Below are positions 63,349 through 64,000 of a stretch of DNA of 64,000 bases, piece by piece. This DNA is from Clostridiales bacterium. Its GTDB lineage: Bacteria; Bacillota; Clostridia; Christensenellales; Borkfalkiaceae. The stretch covers positions 10,847 through 74,846 of the forward strand of contig SVIN01000006.1 in assembly GCA_015069495.1 (NCBI GenBank). Reading direction: 5' to 3'. Under the pieces are notes generated by a model that was given only the letters and a program-made list of their open reading frames with translations, was not told the origin of the DNA and did no database searches. Both the position numbers and the translations under genes were made by a program. Numbering within the stretch: position 1 is the stretch's first letter; each line of letters opens with the position of its first letter.

Positions 63349-63669
63349 TTAAGCAGTCAACAAGGTGTACAAGATGCAGAAAACAACAGAAAGAACAAGA
63401 AGGATTGCAAGGCAAATCCAAGTCCATTTCTTCATTTTTGCTTCAATCGACTTACCTTTATTTTTGCCGAAGAAAGTTTCACTGGAACCGCCCAAAGCAT
63501 CGATACCAGTCGAGTTGCTGGGTTGAAGCAAAACCAATATAATTGCAGCTAAGGATACGACGGTCATCAAAACTACTAAGATAATACAAAGGATTTGATA
63601 TAAGCTGAAGTTATCTGTCAGCCCATCCGTACCCGTACTTAATAAATTCATAAAATTGAACATGTTCAT
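63349..63669 (-). CDS. secG: preprotein translocase subunit SecG
   Basis: LVLLQPSNSTGIDALGGSSETFFGK signature between two TM segments. Confidence 0.85.
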   Translation of the reverse strand: MNMFNFMNLLSTGTDGLTDNFSLYQILCIILVVLMTVVSLAAIILVLLQPSNSTGIDALGGSSETFFGKNKGKSIEAKMKKWTWICLAILLVLSVVFCILYTLLTA

Positions 63670-63727
63670 TTCCTCTTTATTTCTTTTGTCGAGCCTGAAA
63701 AGAGCCCGTTTCTAAAATTACCTATTG

Positions 63728-63756
63728 ATTATAGCACACTTAAAAGAATATCGCAA
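63728..63756 (-). promoter_or_regulatory. extended -10 promoter of secG
   Basis: On the minus strand: TTGCGA, 17-nt spacer, TGcTATAAT. Confidence 0.5.
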
Positions 63757-63806
63757 GTGTTTTTGCGGGTTTTTAAGAAAAAATTTAATATTTTACCAAA
63801 GTATGC

Positions 63807-64000
63807 TTATTTAATCAAGCTCTTACCCGTCATTTCAGCAGGTTGCGCCAAGTTCATCACGTCGAGAAGAGTGGGGGCAAGGTCGGCCAAAACGCCGTCT
63901 TCGCGCAAGGAAACGTTTTTGTAGGTTTCAGAAACGAGGATTACGGGCACGGGGAAAGTGGTGTGCTGTGTGAATGCGCCCACGCCGTCGTCGGCGATCA
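63807..64000 (-). CDS. gpmI: 2,3-bisphosphoglycerate-independent phosphoglycerate mutase, C-terminal end (rest lies outside the window)
   Basis: Minus-strand translation ...[13 protein letters not shown]...[27 protein letters not shown] matches the iPGM C-terminus. Absent from the ORF track because it has no start in the window. Confidence 0.8.
   Translation of the reverse strand, partial: IADDGVGAFTQHTTFPVPVILVSETYKNVSLREDGVLADLAPTLLDVMNLAQPAEMTGKSLIK

Noticed and set aside
1-64000. Prophage, IS element or integrative island signatures.
   Set aside because: I recognised no integrase, transposase, recombinase, tRNA attachment site or phage structural genes. The only mobile-looking items are the non-autonomous MITE-like repeats.

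Overview
This window reads as a core chromosomal segment of a Clostridia-type Firmicute, judged from gene order and protein motifs only (no database search was possible). From 1 to about 57.5 kb almost every gene is on the + strand. In order these are: the shikimate operon aroB-aroA-aroE-aroQ-aroK; an SDR; a divergent cysteine-desulfurase/DUF3343 pair; nth; a CotF-like pair; mscL; a Phe T-box leader with pheS-pheT followed by truB-ribF; efp and dtd; a GT8/acyltransferase cluster; dgt-dnaG-sigA-trmK-nif3; alr; rsmD-coaD; DAHP synthase-pheA; rarA; nrdR; ispG; a truncated PolC-like exonuclease; rimP-nusA-ylxR-ylxQ-infB-rbfA-nrnA; a 1882-aa helicase; comEC-holA; cdaA; and aspartate kinase. The right end carries gpmI-secG-rnr-smpB on the - strand. 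I saw no rRNA, tRNA, CRISPR array, transposase or integrase.

The unusual content is:
1. An 18-23 nt motif, GGGCAKGTAYGCGWTGAA, present in about 21 copies. Most sit exactly at gene junctions. Others lie inside unrelated CDSs in different reading frames.
2. Three copies of a 112-175 bp MITE-like element with terminal inverted repeats.
3. A stand-alone 1882-aa gene (DUF4011-like region, Upf1-type SF1 helicase, PD-(D/E)xK-like domain, DUF3320-like tail; Hhe-like by domain logic). It lies at a break in the conserved rbfA-nrnA-truB-ribF order.
4. A 525-aa PolC-like protein (N-terminal region, OB fold, exonuclease, but no PHP or polymerase part) at the syntenic polC position.
5. A 34-codon CdaR-like transmembrane stub translationally coupled to cdaA.

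Gene starts were refined by eye from SD/ATG context and are approximate where noted.
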